DNA from: a bacterium
GTDB taxonomy: Bacteria; Patescibacteriota; Patescibacteriia; SG8-24
Length of the DNA: 64,000 nt
Assembly: GCA_023246195.1 (NCBI GenBank)
Contig: JAHFIW010000002.1
Span: forward strand, 4,259-68,258
Direction: 5' to 3'
Under the pieces are notes generated by a model. That model made no database searches, had not been told where the DNA came from, and worked only from the letters and a program-made list of their open reading frames with translations. Both the position numbers and the translations under genes were made by a program. Shown here piece by piece: positions 28,757 through 37,839 of this stretch (position 1 is its first letter; every line of letters starts with the position of its first letter).

Positions 28757-30199
28757 TCAGCCTTTTTCGGTGAACGATGACACAACTGCTGTAGCACGGC
28801 CGTCGGCGGCAGGGAAGAGCACGCTCATTTGCGTGCCTACGCGCTCGATGGAATCGCAGAAGATCTTCCCTCTCATCAGCTCCACGATCTGCCTTGTTAT
28901 CCAGAGTCCGAGTCCCGTGCCGGGAATCAGGGCAGTATCAGCCGTTCGGACGCGATAGAACTTTTGAAACAGCTTTTCACGCGCTTCCGATGACATGCCG
29001 AGACCCGTATCCATCACGCGGATTTCGACCGCACTGCCGTCCTTGAGCTCTGCGGTGACCGTGACGCTGCCGGACGGCGTATACTTGATGGCGTTAGAGC
29101 AGAGATTGATCAGCACCTGCCTGAGTCGTGAGCGGTCGCCGGAGATCAGGGGGAGCGCAATATCCGGCCTGCGAAACTCGAATATGAGATTTTTCTTTTG
29201 TGCCTCGATCCGCAACTGCTCCATGACTTCCTCGACGATCGGTTCGATGGAGAGCAGCTCCAAGTCCAGCTTCATGCGACCCTGTTCGAGTCGTGAAACT
29301 TCCAGCAGGTCTTCTACGAGCACTCCAAGGTGCGAGGCGATGGCCATGGTGGTGCGCATCACCTGTCTCGGTTTTTCGTCGAGCTTGCCGAAAGCATCGT
29401 CGAGGAAAAGCGAAAGATAGCCGCGTATCGCCGTGATGGGCGCGCGGAGTTCATGCGAGGCCATCGCGATGAAATCGTCCTTCATCTGATCCACTTCCTG
29501 CAGGCGGCGATAGAGCGATGCGTATCGGAATAGTTTCGTATTGGTTGCCAGCACAAGCATCACTATCAGGATGGTGACGAGCAGCCAGAAATACGACCAA
29601 AATAAATTGCTGCGCACCAGGTCGTCCATCTGCGCAAGCGAAATTTTCATGGAGAGCAGGAGGGCCGTGTTGCCCTTGGCATCCTTGAGAGGCATCACAA
29701 CGCCCCAAAAACGCTCATTGCCGCGGGCTTCCTCCGGCGTGAGTTGTTGGTCAACGGCTGCCGAGCGGGAGGACTTAGTCAGGAATGCGATTGCCTGGCC
29801 GTTATATGAAGCCAGCATGTTTTGCGTGCCGTGCGCCGTTTGGCCAATGCCGTCCCTGTAGAGACTGGCGATCACCGTGAAGTCCTTGCCGTCGTACTTG
29901 AGCAGGTCCACGCTGCGGACTTCTGGCAATACGGCAGCGATGTCGTCGACACGTTGCTGCAGCTTGGCCGCATCATCGAGGCTGTCCATGCTGGTGACGT
30001 TGAACATTTTGCCGATAATCAGCGACGTGTGCTGCAATTCGGTGTCCATCGTCGCCCTGAAGCGATTCACTACGAAAAGCGTGTTAAGAACGATGGCAAT
30101 CGGCACGAGCACGATGAGCGATATCGCATAGAAGATTTGCCAGTTCTTCCTGAGGAACATCGAGCTGACGCCGGTTTTATCGGGTGCTGCCAAAGACAT
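28757..30199 (-). CDS. Sensor histidine kinase (HisKA + HATPase_c), membrane-bound
   Basis: H-box HELRAPITAIRGY. N, G1 (DTGLGM) and G2 (GTGLGL) boxes. No adjacent response regulator. Confidence 0.85.
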   Translation of the reverse strand: MSLAAPDKTGVSSMFLRKNWQIFYAISLIVLVPIAIVLNTLFVVNRFRATMDTELQHTSLIIGKMFNVTSMDSLDDAAKLQQRVDDIAAVLPEVRSVDLLKYDGKDFTVIASLYRDGIGQTAHGTQNMLASYNGQAIAFLTKSSRSAAVDQQLTPEEARGNERFWGVVMPLKDAKGNTALLLSMKISLAQMDDLVRSNLFWSYFWLLVTILIVMLVLATNTKLFRYASLYRRLQEVDQMKDDFIAMASHELRAPITAIRGYLSLFLDDAFGKLDEKPRQVMRTTMAIASHLGVLVEDLLEVSRLEQGRMKLDLELLSIEPIVEEVMEQLRIEAQKKNLIFEFRRPDIALPLISGDRSRLRQVLINLCSNAIKYTPSGSVTVTAELKDGSAVEIRVMDTGLGMSSEAREKLFQKFYRVRTADTALIPGTGLGLWITRQIVELMRGKIFCDSIERVGTQMSVLFPAADGRATAVVSSFTEKG

Positions 30200-30330
30200 A
30201 TCGATACGAAGTATAGCATTTTTTTCGGTCAAAAACAAGCGACAGAAGTGGTGAAAGAATGGCATTTTTTAGCTTTGTTTAGCCATTTTTCAATACAAAA
30301 GCCCCGGAACTCAATCCGGGGCTTTGTCCG

Positions 30331-31257
30331 CTATTCCGCGATAATCATCACTTTCGCTCCTTCGAGCGTATTTCCGCCATTCCAGTCATGAATCGCGTTC
30401 CACAGGACGGCGTTCTTATAGACATAATCCGCACCGAGGCGCGTACCGGGATCGTTGGTGATGATGGTCGTTGCCGTGTAGCCCTTGGCTACCAGCATGT
30501 GGTAGGGAGGTCCGCCATTCTTGAAGTTCGGATTATACAGCAGCTTGCCCGAGGTAGGGAGCATCACCGGGAATCCTTTGGCAATTTCGCGCCTTACGTC
30601 ATCGAGGGAGGTGATGGACACCACCTTCACGTTCTTGAACTTGAGGAAGTCACGCATGACGGCGGCGGTGCGCTCGGCATCGGTGCTCTGCCAGCCGTTC
30701 GGTCCAAAGGAGACCTTTTCGTACGCGACGATGTCGGTGAGGCCTTTCTCCATGTCATCCAGGGAAAGCCTGGCCGTATCGCTGAGGTACGCCTGCAGCA
30801 TCAGCATCGCGGCCTCCTCGCAGGTGTCTTCGTGCATGGTATCCCAAACCTGTTTGGGAGCCTGTGGCACGAACAGTACGGAGAGGTTGAGGGCGGGAGG
30901 AAGCGGGGACTGGTCTTGCCCGTTCCCCGAAGCCGCGGCGAAGGGGGAGGGCGTCAGATTTTCCGGTTTGACGGGTGGCGTGTGCGTATTCGTGTCGGAG
31001 CTGCCGGCAGCCTTCGGCGGCACCTCGCTGGTCGCGGTGGTCACGACAGGAACATTGCCTTGCTGAGCCTGTTGCCGTGAAATAGGCGGCGGAATCGGGC
31101 CGCGCTCCCATCGGCCATAGGCATCGCGGATTTCTCCGCGAAACTGAAAGAGCGCGGTCAAAAAGACGATGATGGCGATGACGAGCAATGAAACGGTTTT
31201 TTTCATGGTTTTGCGGATCAGTGAATCCATACTACCTTGACTGTCGGACTTTTTCAA
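30331..31257 (-). CDS. Membrane-anchored protein with C-terminal peptidase-C39-like domain
   Basis: TM anchor, Pro-rich linker. C-terminal ~180 aa resembles C39_2/YvpB-like cysteine peptidase folds (CEEAAMLM ... HMLVAKGY). Tentative. Confidence 0.4.
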   Translation of the reverse strand: MKKSDSQGSMDSLIRKTMKKTVSLLVIAIIVFLTALFQFRGEIRDAYGRWERGPIPPPISRQQAQQGNVPVVTTATSEVPPKAAGSSDTNTHTPPVKPENLTPSPFAAASGNGQDQSPLPPALNLSVLFVPQAPKQVWDTMHEDTCEEAAMLMLQAYLSDTARLSLDDMEKGLTDIVAYEKVSFGPNGWQSTDAERTAAVMRDFLKFKNVKVVSITSLDDVRREIAKGFPVMLPTSGKLLYNPNFKNGGPPYHMLVAKGYTATTIITNDPGTRLGADYVYKNAVLWNAIHDWNGGNTLEGAKVMIIAE

Positions 31258-31321
31258 CGCACACTGACTTCACTCTAAGGAGTCGGCGCCTGTCACGACT
31301 GCAATCAACTCACTGCAAATT

Positions 31322-31564
31322 ATGGCTGAAAAAAAACCACTTAAGATTTCCAAGATAGTCATCGACCGCGATCTTTGCATCGGCGCCGCCACTTGCGTGA
31401 CCATTGCTCCGGACACTTTTCAGATGGATGACGAGAACAAGGCCATTTTGGTGAACCTCAGCGGCAATGATGCCGAGACCATCCTGATGGGAGCGGAGTC
31501 CTGTCCCACCAAGGCCATTTTTCTTTATGATGAGAACGGCGAGCAAGTCTATCCTTACGTGTAA
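31322..31564 (+). CDS. Ferredoxin (single-cluster [3Fe/4Fe-4S] type)
   Basis: 80 aa. CIGAATC...ESCP cysteine pattern. Confidence 0.7.
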   Translation: MAEKKPLKISKIVIDRDLCIGAATCVTIAPDTFQMDDENKAILVNLSGNDAETILMGAESCPTKAIFLYDENGEQVYPYV

Positions 31565-31585
31565 ATCACGGGCCTGGTCACGCTG

Positions 31586-32812
31586 ATGTCTGATCGAATC
31601 GACTGCATAATCATCGGCGGAGGCATTGCGGGAGTCACTGCGGCGGAGAACATCCGTCAGCGCGACCCGAACGGTACCATCCGCATCCTCGGCAAGGAAA
31701 AGCATGCGCTTTACTCGCGCGTGCTTTTGCCTCATGTCGTTCGGGGCCAAGTGCCGGAAGAAAAGGCGTATCTCAAGACGCCGACGGCCCTGACCGACAA
31801 GAACATCGAATATGTCACTGGCGTTCGGGTCGCGAGCGTTGATGCGGGCCGTCATGTCGTGCGTCTCGCTGACGGTTCGGAGTTGTCGTACGGCAAGCTG
31901 CTCGTGGCTACCGGCGGGTCTTCGCGCGTGCTGGATTGTCCCGGCGCAAAGGAGGCGGGCTGCATTTTTCTTCAGACCATGGATGATGCCAGGGATCTGA
32001 TGGCCGCAAAGGGCACCGCGAAAGCGTTGGTATACGGTGGTGGTTTCAGCAGTCTTGAACTGCTGATGTGCTTCGCGCACCATGGCGCGCCGGTGACCGC
32101 GGTCCTGCGAGGCGACGGATTTTTTTCGCGAGTGCTCGACCCTCGTTCCAAGGCCATGATCCTTTCAGTGCTTAGGGCCAGGGGAATCGAAGTGCTTTTG
32201 CACTCCGAGATACGCGGCATCGAGATACGTGGCGGCCTCAAGGCCGTGCACCTTTCTGACGGTAGCGTGAAAAATTGCACTGCGCTCGGCGTGGGCATCG
32301 GCATCGTTCCCAACATCGCCTTTTTGGCAGGCAGCGGCATCGAGACCAACGCCGGCATCGTCGCTGACGACCGTCTTCGCGCGACCGCGCCGGACGTCTT
32401 TGCTGCCGGTGACGTTGCCGAGTTCGACGATCGCGCGCTCGGCATGCGTCACGTCGTCGGTAACTGGCAGAACGCCATGTTCCAGGGAAAGACCGCCGGG
32501 GCCAACATGGCCGGTGACGATGCGGCCTATGACGCCGTTACTTCCTACAGCATCTCCATCTTTGACTTGCCCGCGGCCTTCGCCGGCGCCACCGATGTTT
32601 CCGTGGACGAACGTATCGTCCGCCAGACGGACAAGGGCGCTTCACTGCAGCTGCTGGTCAAAAATGGCAGGGTGGTCGGCGCCACCTGCATCGGGCCATA
32701 TTCCGACCGTCTGGCTGTCAACGCCCTCTTGGCTTCGAAAACCCCGCTTTCATCAGGCGCTTTGGCTGCCCTGCGCGACGGAAAGACGTCGCTTGCATCC
32801 GTCATTGCTTAG
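31586..32812 (+). CDS. FAD-dependent pyridine nucleotide-disulfide oxidoreductase (ferredoxin/rubredoxin--NAD+ reductase-like)
   Basis: GGGIAG FAD motif, second Rossmann VYGGGFSSLE, TAPDVFAAGD. Directly downstream of the ferredoxin gene. Confidence 0.85.
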   Translation: MSDRIDCIIIGGGIAGVTAAENIRQRDPNGTIRILGKEKHALYSRVLLPHVVRGQVPEEKAYLKTPTALTDKNIEYVTGVRVASVDAGRHVVRLADGSELSYGKLLVATGGSSRVLDCPGAKEAGCIFLQTMDDARDLMAAKGTAKALVYGGGFSSLELLMCFAHHGAPVTAVLRGDGFFSRVLDPRSKAMILSVLRARGIEVLLHSEIRGIEIRGGLKAVHLSDGSVKNCTALGVGIGIVPNIAFLAGSGIETNAGIVADDRLRATAPDVFAAGDVAEFDDRALGMRHVVGNWQNAMFQGKTAGANMAGDDAAYDAVTSYSISIFDLPAAFAGATDVSVDERIVRQTDKGASLQLLVKNGRVVGATCIGPYSDRLAVNALLASKTPLSSGALAALRDGKTSLASVIA

Positions 32813-32858
32813 GGCGGTACCGGTTTCGAGTTTCTGGCGGCAAAGGTATACTGTCGCA

Positions 32859-34532
32859 ATGAAGTGGTTTGCAAAAAAAAATGCACCCTGGAGATTCCCA
32901 GGCGCTGACTATCTCGGCGTCTTTTTGCTGGTTTCCGCCATCTACGGATTCGTCAACGCCTCGTCAAGTTTCCTCGATCCTGACTCGTTTTATCACGTGA
33001 AGATGGCGGAGTTGCTCATGCAGCGCGGAATCGTTCGCAACTTCACCTGGCTTCCCTTCACCACGCTGGCGCACGCCTTCGCCGACCATCATTTTTTGTA
33101 TCACGTGATACTCGTTCCGTTCATTGCTTTTTACGGTGCGTTCGTCGGCGCGAAGATAGCGACTGTCGTTTTGGCGGCGGCGGCGCTTACGGCTTTTTAC
33201 GGCGCATTGAAGGCTTACGGAAGCAAGTTGCCGTTCGCCTTTGCCATGATGCTGGCGACGTCATCGGCATTCATGTTTCGCATGAACCTCACTAAGACTT
33301 CCGCGGTGTCGGTGACGGTGCTGATGCTTGCGCTCATTGCCATCCGGCGTGACAGTTGGCGCAGCCTGTTCTTTCTTTCTTGGGTTTACGTGTTGATGTA
33401 CGGCGGCTGGCCGCTTATGGGCGTGCTCATCGGAGCATTTTTCGTCACCCGGGCCGTTGTCGATCGCCTCGTCGACAGGCACCCGCTGCATTCCTGGGGT
33501 AATGCCTGGTTTTGGCGCAGGCTGTTCGCATTGCGGCAAAATGCGCTGGCGGATTTTATCGCCGCCTCGGAGGTGCGACAGGCGACAGCGGTCATGGCCG
33601 GACTTGCCTGCGGCGTAGTCATTAATCCGTACTTTCCTGCCAATCTCCGTTTTTATTGGGAGCAGATTTGGCAGATCGCGGTGCTCAATTATCGCGATAA
33701 GATCGGTGTCGGGGCAGAGTGGTATCCATACCCGTTTCCGGCGTTTTACTCCGAAAACAGCGTCATATTTCTTTGCATCGCCATCTGCATAGTGTTGTTG
33801 CTGACGATGATCTTTTGGGATGATGTCGTAAAAAAGCACGTGCCGAAGGGGGATCGAAGTTCGCTTTCTTCCCGCGTGGCGCTTACCATGTTGGCGGTAT
33901 TTTTTCTGGTGATGACCATGCGCAGCCGCCGGCACGTGGAGTACTTCGCGCCGTTCGCGATGTTTGCCACGGCCCTGTTCTACACATCGATAGACTCGCA
34001 CATGGATTGGGCGGCACTTGGACGCAAGTTGCGCACGCTGCTCCCCGTTGCCGTGCGAGCGAAGATATCTTTTGCCAAATTGGCCGGCGTGTACGTTGTC
34101 GTGATGCTCACCTTCTTGTGCGCGCGCAACGTCGTGGGGACGCGCGACACTTTCAGCGGAGGCATTCCGTGGACGCGCTATGCCAAGGCGGCCGCGTGGA
34201 CGCGCGCGAACGTTCCCGCCAACGCCATTATCGTGCATAGCGACTGGGACGAGTTTCCGCCGTTATTTTATTACGATGACACTCATCGGTATATCTGCGG
34301 TCTCGACCCCACCTTCCTCTATCGGCAGGATCCCACGCGCTATTGGCTGTGGGTGAACGTCACCACCGGCAAGGTCGGAAACGACGTTGGCGAAAAGGTC
34401 CGCGACGGGCTTGGTTCTCGGTATCTCCTGGTCGACAGCCGTTACGACGAGTTTCGCAAGGAATTGGAACGCGACCCGTCTATTGAGCGCGTCTATCACG
34501 ATGACGACGCCTCGGTGTATGTCGTACGCTGA
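32859..34532 (+). CDS. Large polytopic membrane protein (putative GT-C-type glycosyltransferase / oligosaccharyl-transferase-like)
   Basis: ~557 aa, >10 predicted TM segments plus a C-terminal soluble domain. Sits in the glycosylation neighbourhood. Family assignment is inferred. Confidence 0.45.
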   Translation: MKWFAKKNAPWRFPGADYLGVFLLVSAIYGFVNASSSFLDPDSFYHVKMAELLMQRGIVRNFTWLPFTTLAHAFADHHFLYHVILVPFIAFYGAFVGAKIATVVLAAAALTAFYGALKAYGSKLPFAFAMMLATSSAFMFRMNLTKTSAVSVTVLMLALIAIRRDSWRSLFFLSWVYVLMYGGWPLMGVLIGAFFVTRAVVDRLVDRHPLHSWGNAWFWRRLFALRQNALADFIAASEVRQATAVMAGLACGVVINPYFPANLRFYWEQIWQIAVLNYRDKIGVGAEWYPYPFPAFYSENSVIFLCIAICIVLLLTMIFWDDVVKKHVPKGDRSSLSSRVALTMLAVFFLVMTMRSRRHVEYFAPFAMFATALFYTSIDSHMDWAALGRKLRTLLPVAVRAKISFAKLAGVYVVVMLTFLCARNVVGTRDTFSGGIPWTRYAKAAAWTRANVPANAIIVHSDWDEFPPLFYYDDTHRYICGLDPTFLYRQDPTRYWLWVNVTTGKVGNDVGEKVRDGLGSRYLLVDSRYDEFRKELERDPSIERVYHDDDASVYVVR

Positions 34533-34607
34533 GGTTTCCTCCTTCAAGGGTTGCCCGACGGGCTGAAACAGTGGAAAATGACCGGGTAATGCCTAAGCTC
34601 AGTCGCA

Positions 34608-36977
34608 ATGCGCATCGTCATAGCGCTTCCCGTACTGAATGAAGAGAAGGTTCTCGATTCGTCCGTGCGGGCGGTGCGGCGTTTTGCCGACTCCGAGCTT
34701 GCGGGCCATTCGGTGACCGTGGTGATTTCCGACAACGGTTCAACCGATGCCACCGAGTCCATCGGCAGGGCACTCGTTTCTGAATTATCCGGCGTCCGCT
34801 ATCTCCGGCTTTCCGTGCACGGAAAAGGGTTGGCAATTCGCGAGGCATGGGCCTCCGTGGAAGCCGACGCCTACGTGTTCATGGACGTCGACCTCGCGGT
34901 CGACTTGGCCGCATTGCCGGAATTAGTCAGGCGAATTGAGGGCGGTGCCGGGCTTGTCGTCGGTTCCCGCTACCTTCCAAAGTCGGTGGTGCGCCGGACG
35001 CTGTTTCGTAAGGTGCTTTCGCGCGGATATCGCGCCATCGTCGGTGCCATTCTGGAAACGCGTGTCTCCGACATCCCCTGCGGTTTCAAGGCCGCCAATG
35101 CTGCCATTGCGACCGAGGTCGTTCCGCTCATCAGGGACCTTCGTTGGTTCTTCGATACTGAGCTGGTCATTCGTGCCGAGCGTGCGGGTTATCGCATCGA
35201 GGAAGTTCCAGTAACCTGGCGCGAGCTGAAGCCTGCGGGCCGCAAGTCGAGGGTGCGGATCATTCCGCTCATCCGCGAGTATTTTTCCCGCGTGGTGTCG
35301 CTGCGTCGTGAACTGGGACCAAGAAAGGTGATGGCGAACAGGCCGACGATTTCCGGCATCGTTGCCTCAGTCTCGCCGGCGGAACGGGCGGTCGTGGTCG
35401 GTGCGGCGCTGGTCGTGGCGAGTATCGGGCTCATTCCGCCATTGGTCGCGATGTGGTCGGCGAAGCAGCAGGGGCTGCAGTGGACCGGCAGGCAATATCT
35501 TTCTCCGGGGGACTTCACGGTGTATCTTTCCTACATCTCGCAGGCAAAAAACGGTCACTTGTTTTTTGAAAACTGGGCGAGCTCCGAGCAGCTTACGCCC
35601 GTCTTCAACATTCTTTGGTTGAAGGTCGGATGGCTGGCTTGGTTTCTGCGTCTCTCGCCCTTGGCTGCCTATCACGTGGCGCGAACGCTGCTTATCTTTC
35701 CTCTTGCGGCAGTGGCATATTGCGCATTGGCTTACGTGTTTCGCCGCTCCCACGAGCGCGTCATTGGGTTCCTGGCGTTCATGTTTGCCTCGGGCGTCGG
35801 CCTTTATGCGGCGCCTTTTCTGCAAATCATGCGTCCGTCTGCCGCCGCGTACCAATGGCCGATCGATTTTTGGGTAGCGGAGTCGAACGCGTTCATGACA
35901 ATGCTCTACAGCCCGCACTTCGTGGCGTCGCTCATGCTCATTATCGCCGTGGCCCTGCTGCTTCTCCTCGCGCTCGATGCCGAAAGCCCCGAATACGGCG
36001 CATGGGCGGGCATTGTCGCGCTGGTGCTGTTTCAGTTTCACCCTTTTCATGCGCCAACGCTCTACGTGATCGCCTTTCTTTCCCTGCTGTTACGTACGCG
36101 ACTGAACGGCATCCGCATCGGCCAGTGGATCGCCGTGGCCCTGTTCTATGCATTTTCCGCGCCCTCAGTTGCCTACTATTATTGGCTGACACACTGGTCG
36201 CCGAACGCGGCCTTCATGCTGCAAAATAACGTCACGACGACGCCGAACTTGCTGCATGTGGTTCTCGGTCTCGGCATCGTCGTTCCTCTTGCCGCATTCG
36301 GTTGGTTCAAGTCAAGAGATGAAAAGTCTCTTTCGCTCGAGCATCGGCAGTTCTTTGCCGCATGGACGATCGCGCAGTTTGCCATGATTTATTCGCCGTT
36401 GGTGTTTCAGCGCAGGTTGATCGAGGGTCTGCAATTTCCGTTGACGGTCTTGGCAGTGCCGGCAGTGTTGGCATTTGTAAACGCTCCGGTTATTCGAAAG
36501 CGATTGAACGCGTTAAGTGTCGGATTCTTGGCGATAGCCCTCTTTCTTCCGTCGACATTTTCTACGGTCGTACGAAGCGTCGCCGCCTCCAGTCCCGCCA
36601 ACGACAATGACGCCATATTTTTCCTCAGCCACGATGAATCCTCCGTGCTTGCTTGGGTCCGCAACGAGTCACCGTCCGATACCGTCGTCCTTTGCACCCT
36701 CGGCACCGGGAATGACGTCATGGGCTCGGGCGAAAGGCGGGTCTACGTCGGTCATTGGGCAAACACCGTCAATCTCCCGGCGAAGCTCGACGAGGTCACC
36801 GACTTCTTCGCGCGCATGAGCGACGATGAGCGCCGCGCCTTTGCAAAGGCTCACGGCATCACGGAGGTCATCGTGGGGCCACGCGAGCGCGCGCTCGGCG
36901 GAGCATCGTTGCGTGAGCCGGGCTTTACCCGACAGTTCGTCTCCGGCGAGTATTCCGTATATTCCCTGAATGACTGA
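34608..36977 (+). CDS. GT2 family glycosyltransferase (DPM1-like) fused to a large polytopic membrane domain
   Basis: N-terminal GT-A domain (VVISDNGSTDAT ... MDVDLAVDL, DxD-like). Followed by ~550 aa with many TM helices. Confidence 0.7.
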   Translation: MRIVIALPVLNEEKVLDSSVRAVRRFADSELAGHSVTVVISDNGSTDATESIGRALVSELSGVRYLRLSVHGKGLAIREAWASVEADAYVFMDVDLAVDLAALPELVRRIEGGAGLVVGSRYLPKSVVRRTLFRKVLSRGYRAIVGAILETRVSDIPCGFKAANAAIATEVVPLIRDLRWFFDTELVIRAERAGYRIEEVPVTWRELKPAGRKSRVRIIPLIREYFSRVVSLRRELGPRKVMANRPTISGIVASVSPAERAVVVGAALVVASIGLIPPLVAMWSAKQQGLQWTGRQYLSPGDFTVYLSYISQAKNGHLFFENWASSEQLTPVFNILWLKVGWLAWFLRLSPLAAYHVARTLLIFPLAAVAYCALAYVFRRSHERVIGFLAFMFASGVGLYAAPFLQIMRPSAAAYQWPIDFWVAESNAFMTMLYSPHFVASLMLIIAVALLLLLALDAESPEYGAWAGIVALVLFQFHPFHAPTLYVIAFLSLLLRTRLNGIRIGQWIAVALFYAFSAPSVAYYYWLTHWSPNAAFMLQNNVTTTPNLLHVVLGLGIVVPLAAFGWFKSRDEKSLSLEHRQFFAAWTIAQFAMIYSPLVFQRRLIEGLQFPLTVLAVPAVLAFVNAPVIRKRLNALSVGFLAIALFLPSTFSTVVRSVAASSPANDNDAIFFLSHDESSVLAWVRNESPSDTVVLCTLGTGNDVMGSGERRVYVGHWANTVNLPAKLDEVTDFFARMSDDERRAFAKAHGITEVIVGPRERALGGASLREPGFTRQFVSGEYSVYSLND

Positions 36978-37021
36978 TGTCTTCCGTTGCACCTCCTTTG
37001 CGACGGGCATACGATGTCCTT

Positions 37022-37759
37022 ATGAAAACACTGGTCGTCATTCCCACCTACAACGAGCGCGAAAACGTCGAGTCTGTCGTCGCTTCGATTTTGGCCGCCA
37101 CGCCTTCAGGCGTCGCGCTGCTCATAGTCGATGACGGGTCGCCCGACGGTACCGGCGAGCTTGCTGACGTGCTGAACGTGCAGTATCCCGATCGCGTGTT
37201 CGTGCTGCATCGCAAGGGCAAACTCGGTCTCGGTAGCGCGTATTTGGCGGGTTTTCGCTACGGCCTCGAGCGCGGCTTTGAGGCGGTTTGCGAGATGGAT
37301 GCCGATGGCTCGCATGACCCTTCGGCGTTGCCGAGACTGATCGCGTTGGTGGAACAAGGTGCGGATTTGGCCATCGGTTCGCGTCGCGTTCCTGGCGGCA
37401 ACGTGGTCGGATGGGGTCCGCATAGGCACTTCATGAGCGGAGGAGCCATGACCGTGGCACGACTGGCGCTCGGCCTCAAGACCCGTGACGTCACCTCTGG
37501 CTTCCGCTGCTACCGCGCGGATCTTGCCGCTGAGCTCCTGGCGCAGCCGATTGCCAGCAACGGTTACGCCTTCCAAGAAGAGACCGTCTTCTATGCCGAG
37601 CGTCTCGGCTTCAAGGTCGTGGAGACGCCGATTACTTTTCGAGATCGAATGCACGGAAAGTCCAAGCTGACGTGGCGAGAAGTCATGCAGTTTTTCTCGA
37701 TTATCGGTTCACTTCGCGCAAGACAGGTGAAACGAAAAACGCCGCCGTTTCGGGCATGA
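37022..37759 (+). CDS. Polyprenol-phosphate mannosyl/glucosyl-transferase (dolichol-phosphate mannose synthase-like GT2)
   Basis: VVIPTYNEREN...DDGSPDGT...MDADGSHDP classic DPM1 motifs. Confidence 0.85.
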   Translation: MKTLVVIPTYNERENVESVVASILAATPSGVALLIVDDGSPDGTGELADVLNVQYPDRVFVLHRKGKLGLGSAYLAGFRYGLERGFEAVCEMDADGSHDPSALPRLIALVEQGADLAIGSRRVPGGNVVGWGPHRHFMSGGAMTVARLALGLKTRDVTSGFRCYRADLAAELLAQPIASNGYAFQEETVFYAERLGFKVVETPITFRDRMHGKSKLTWREVMQFFSIIGSLRARQVKRKTPPFRA

Positions 37760-37839
37760 TCCTCCCGGAACCGTCCCGCGGGAAGCCGAGGCGGCATTTC
37801 AGAAATAAAAAACGGCACGGCTACTGTTCCCGGCCGTTT

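Noticed and set aside
31310-32083. 257-aa minus-strand ORF
   Set aside because: It overlaps both the ferredoxin and the flavoprotein reductase genes on the opposite strand, and has no recognisable motifs.
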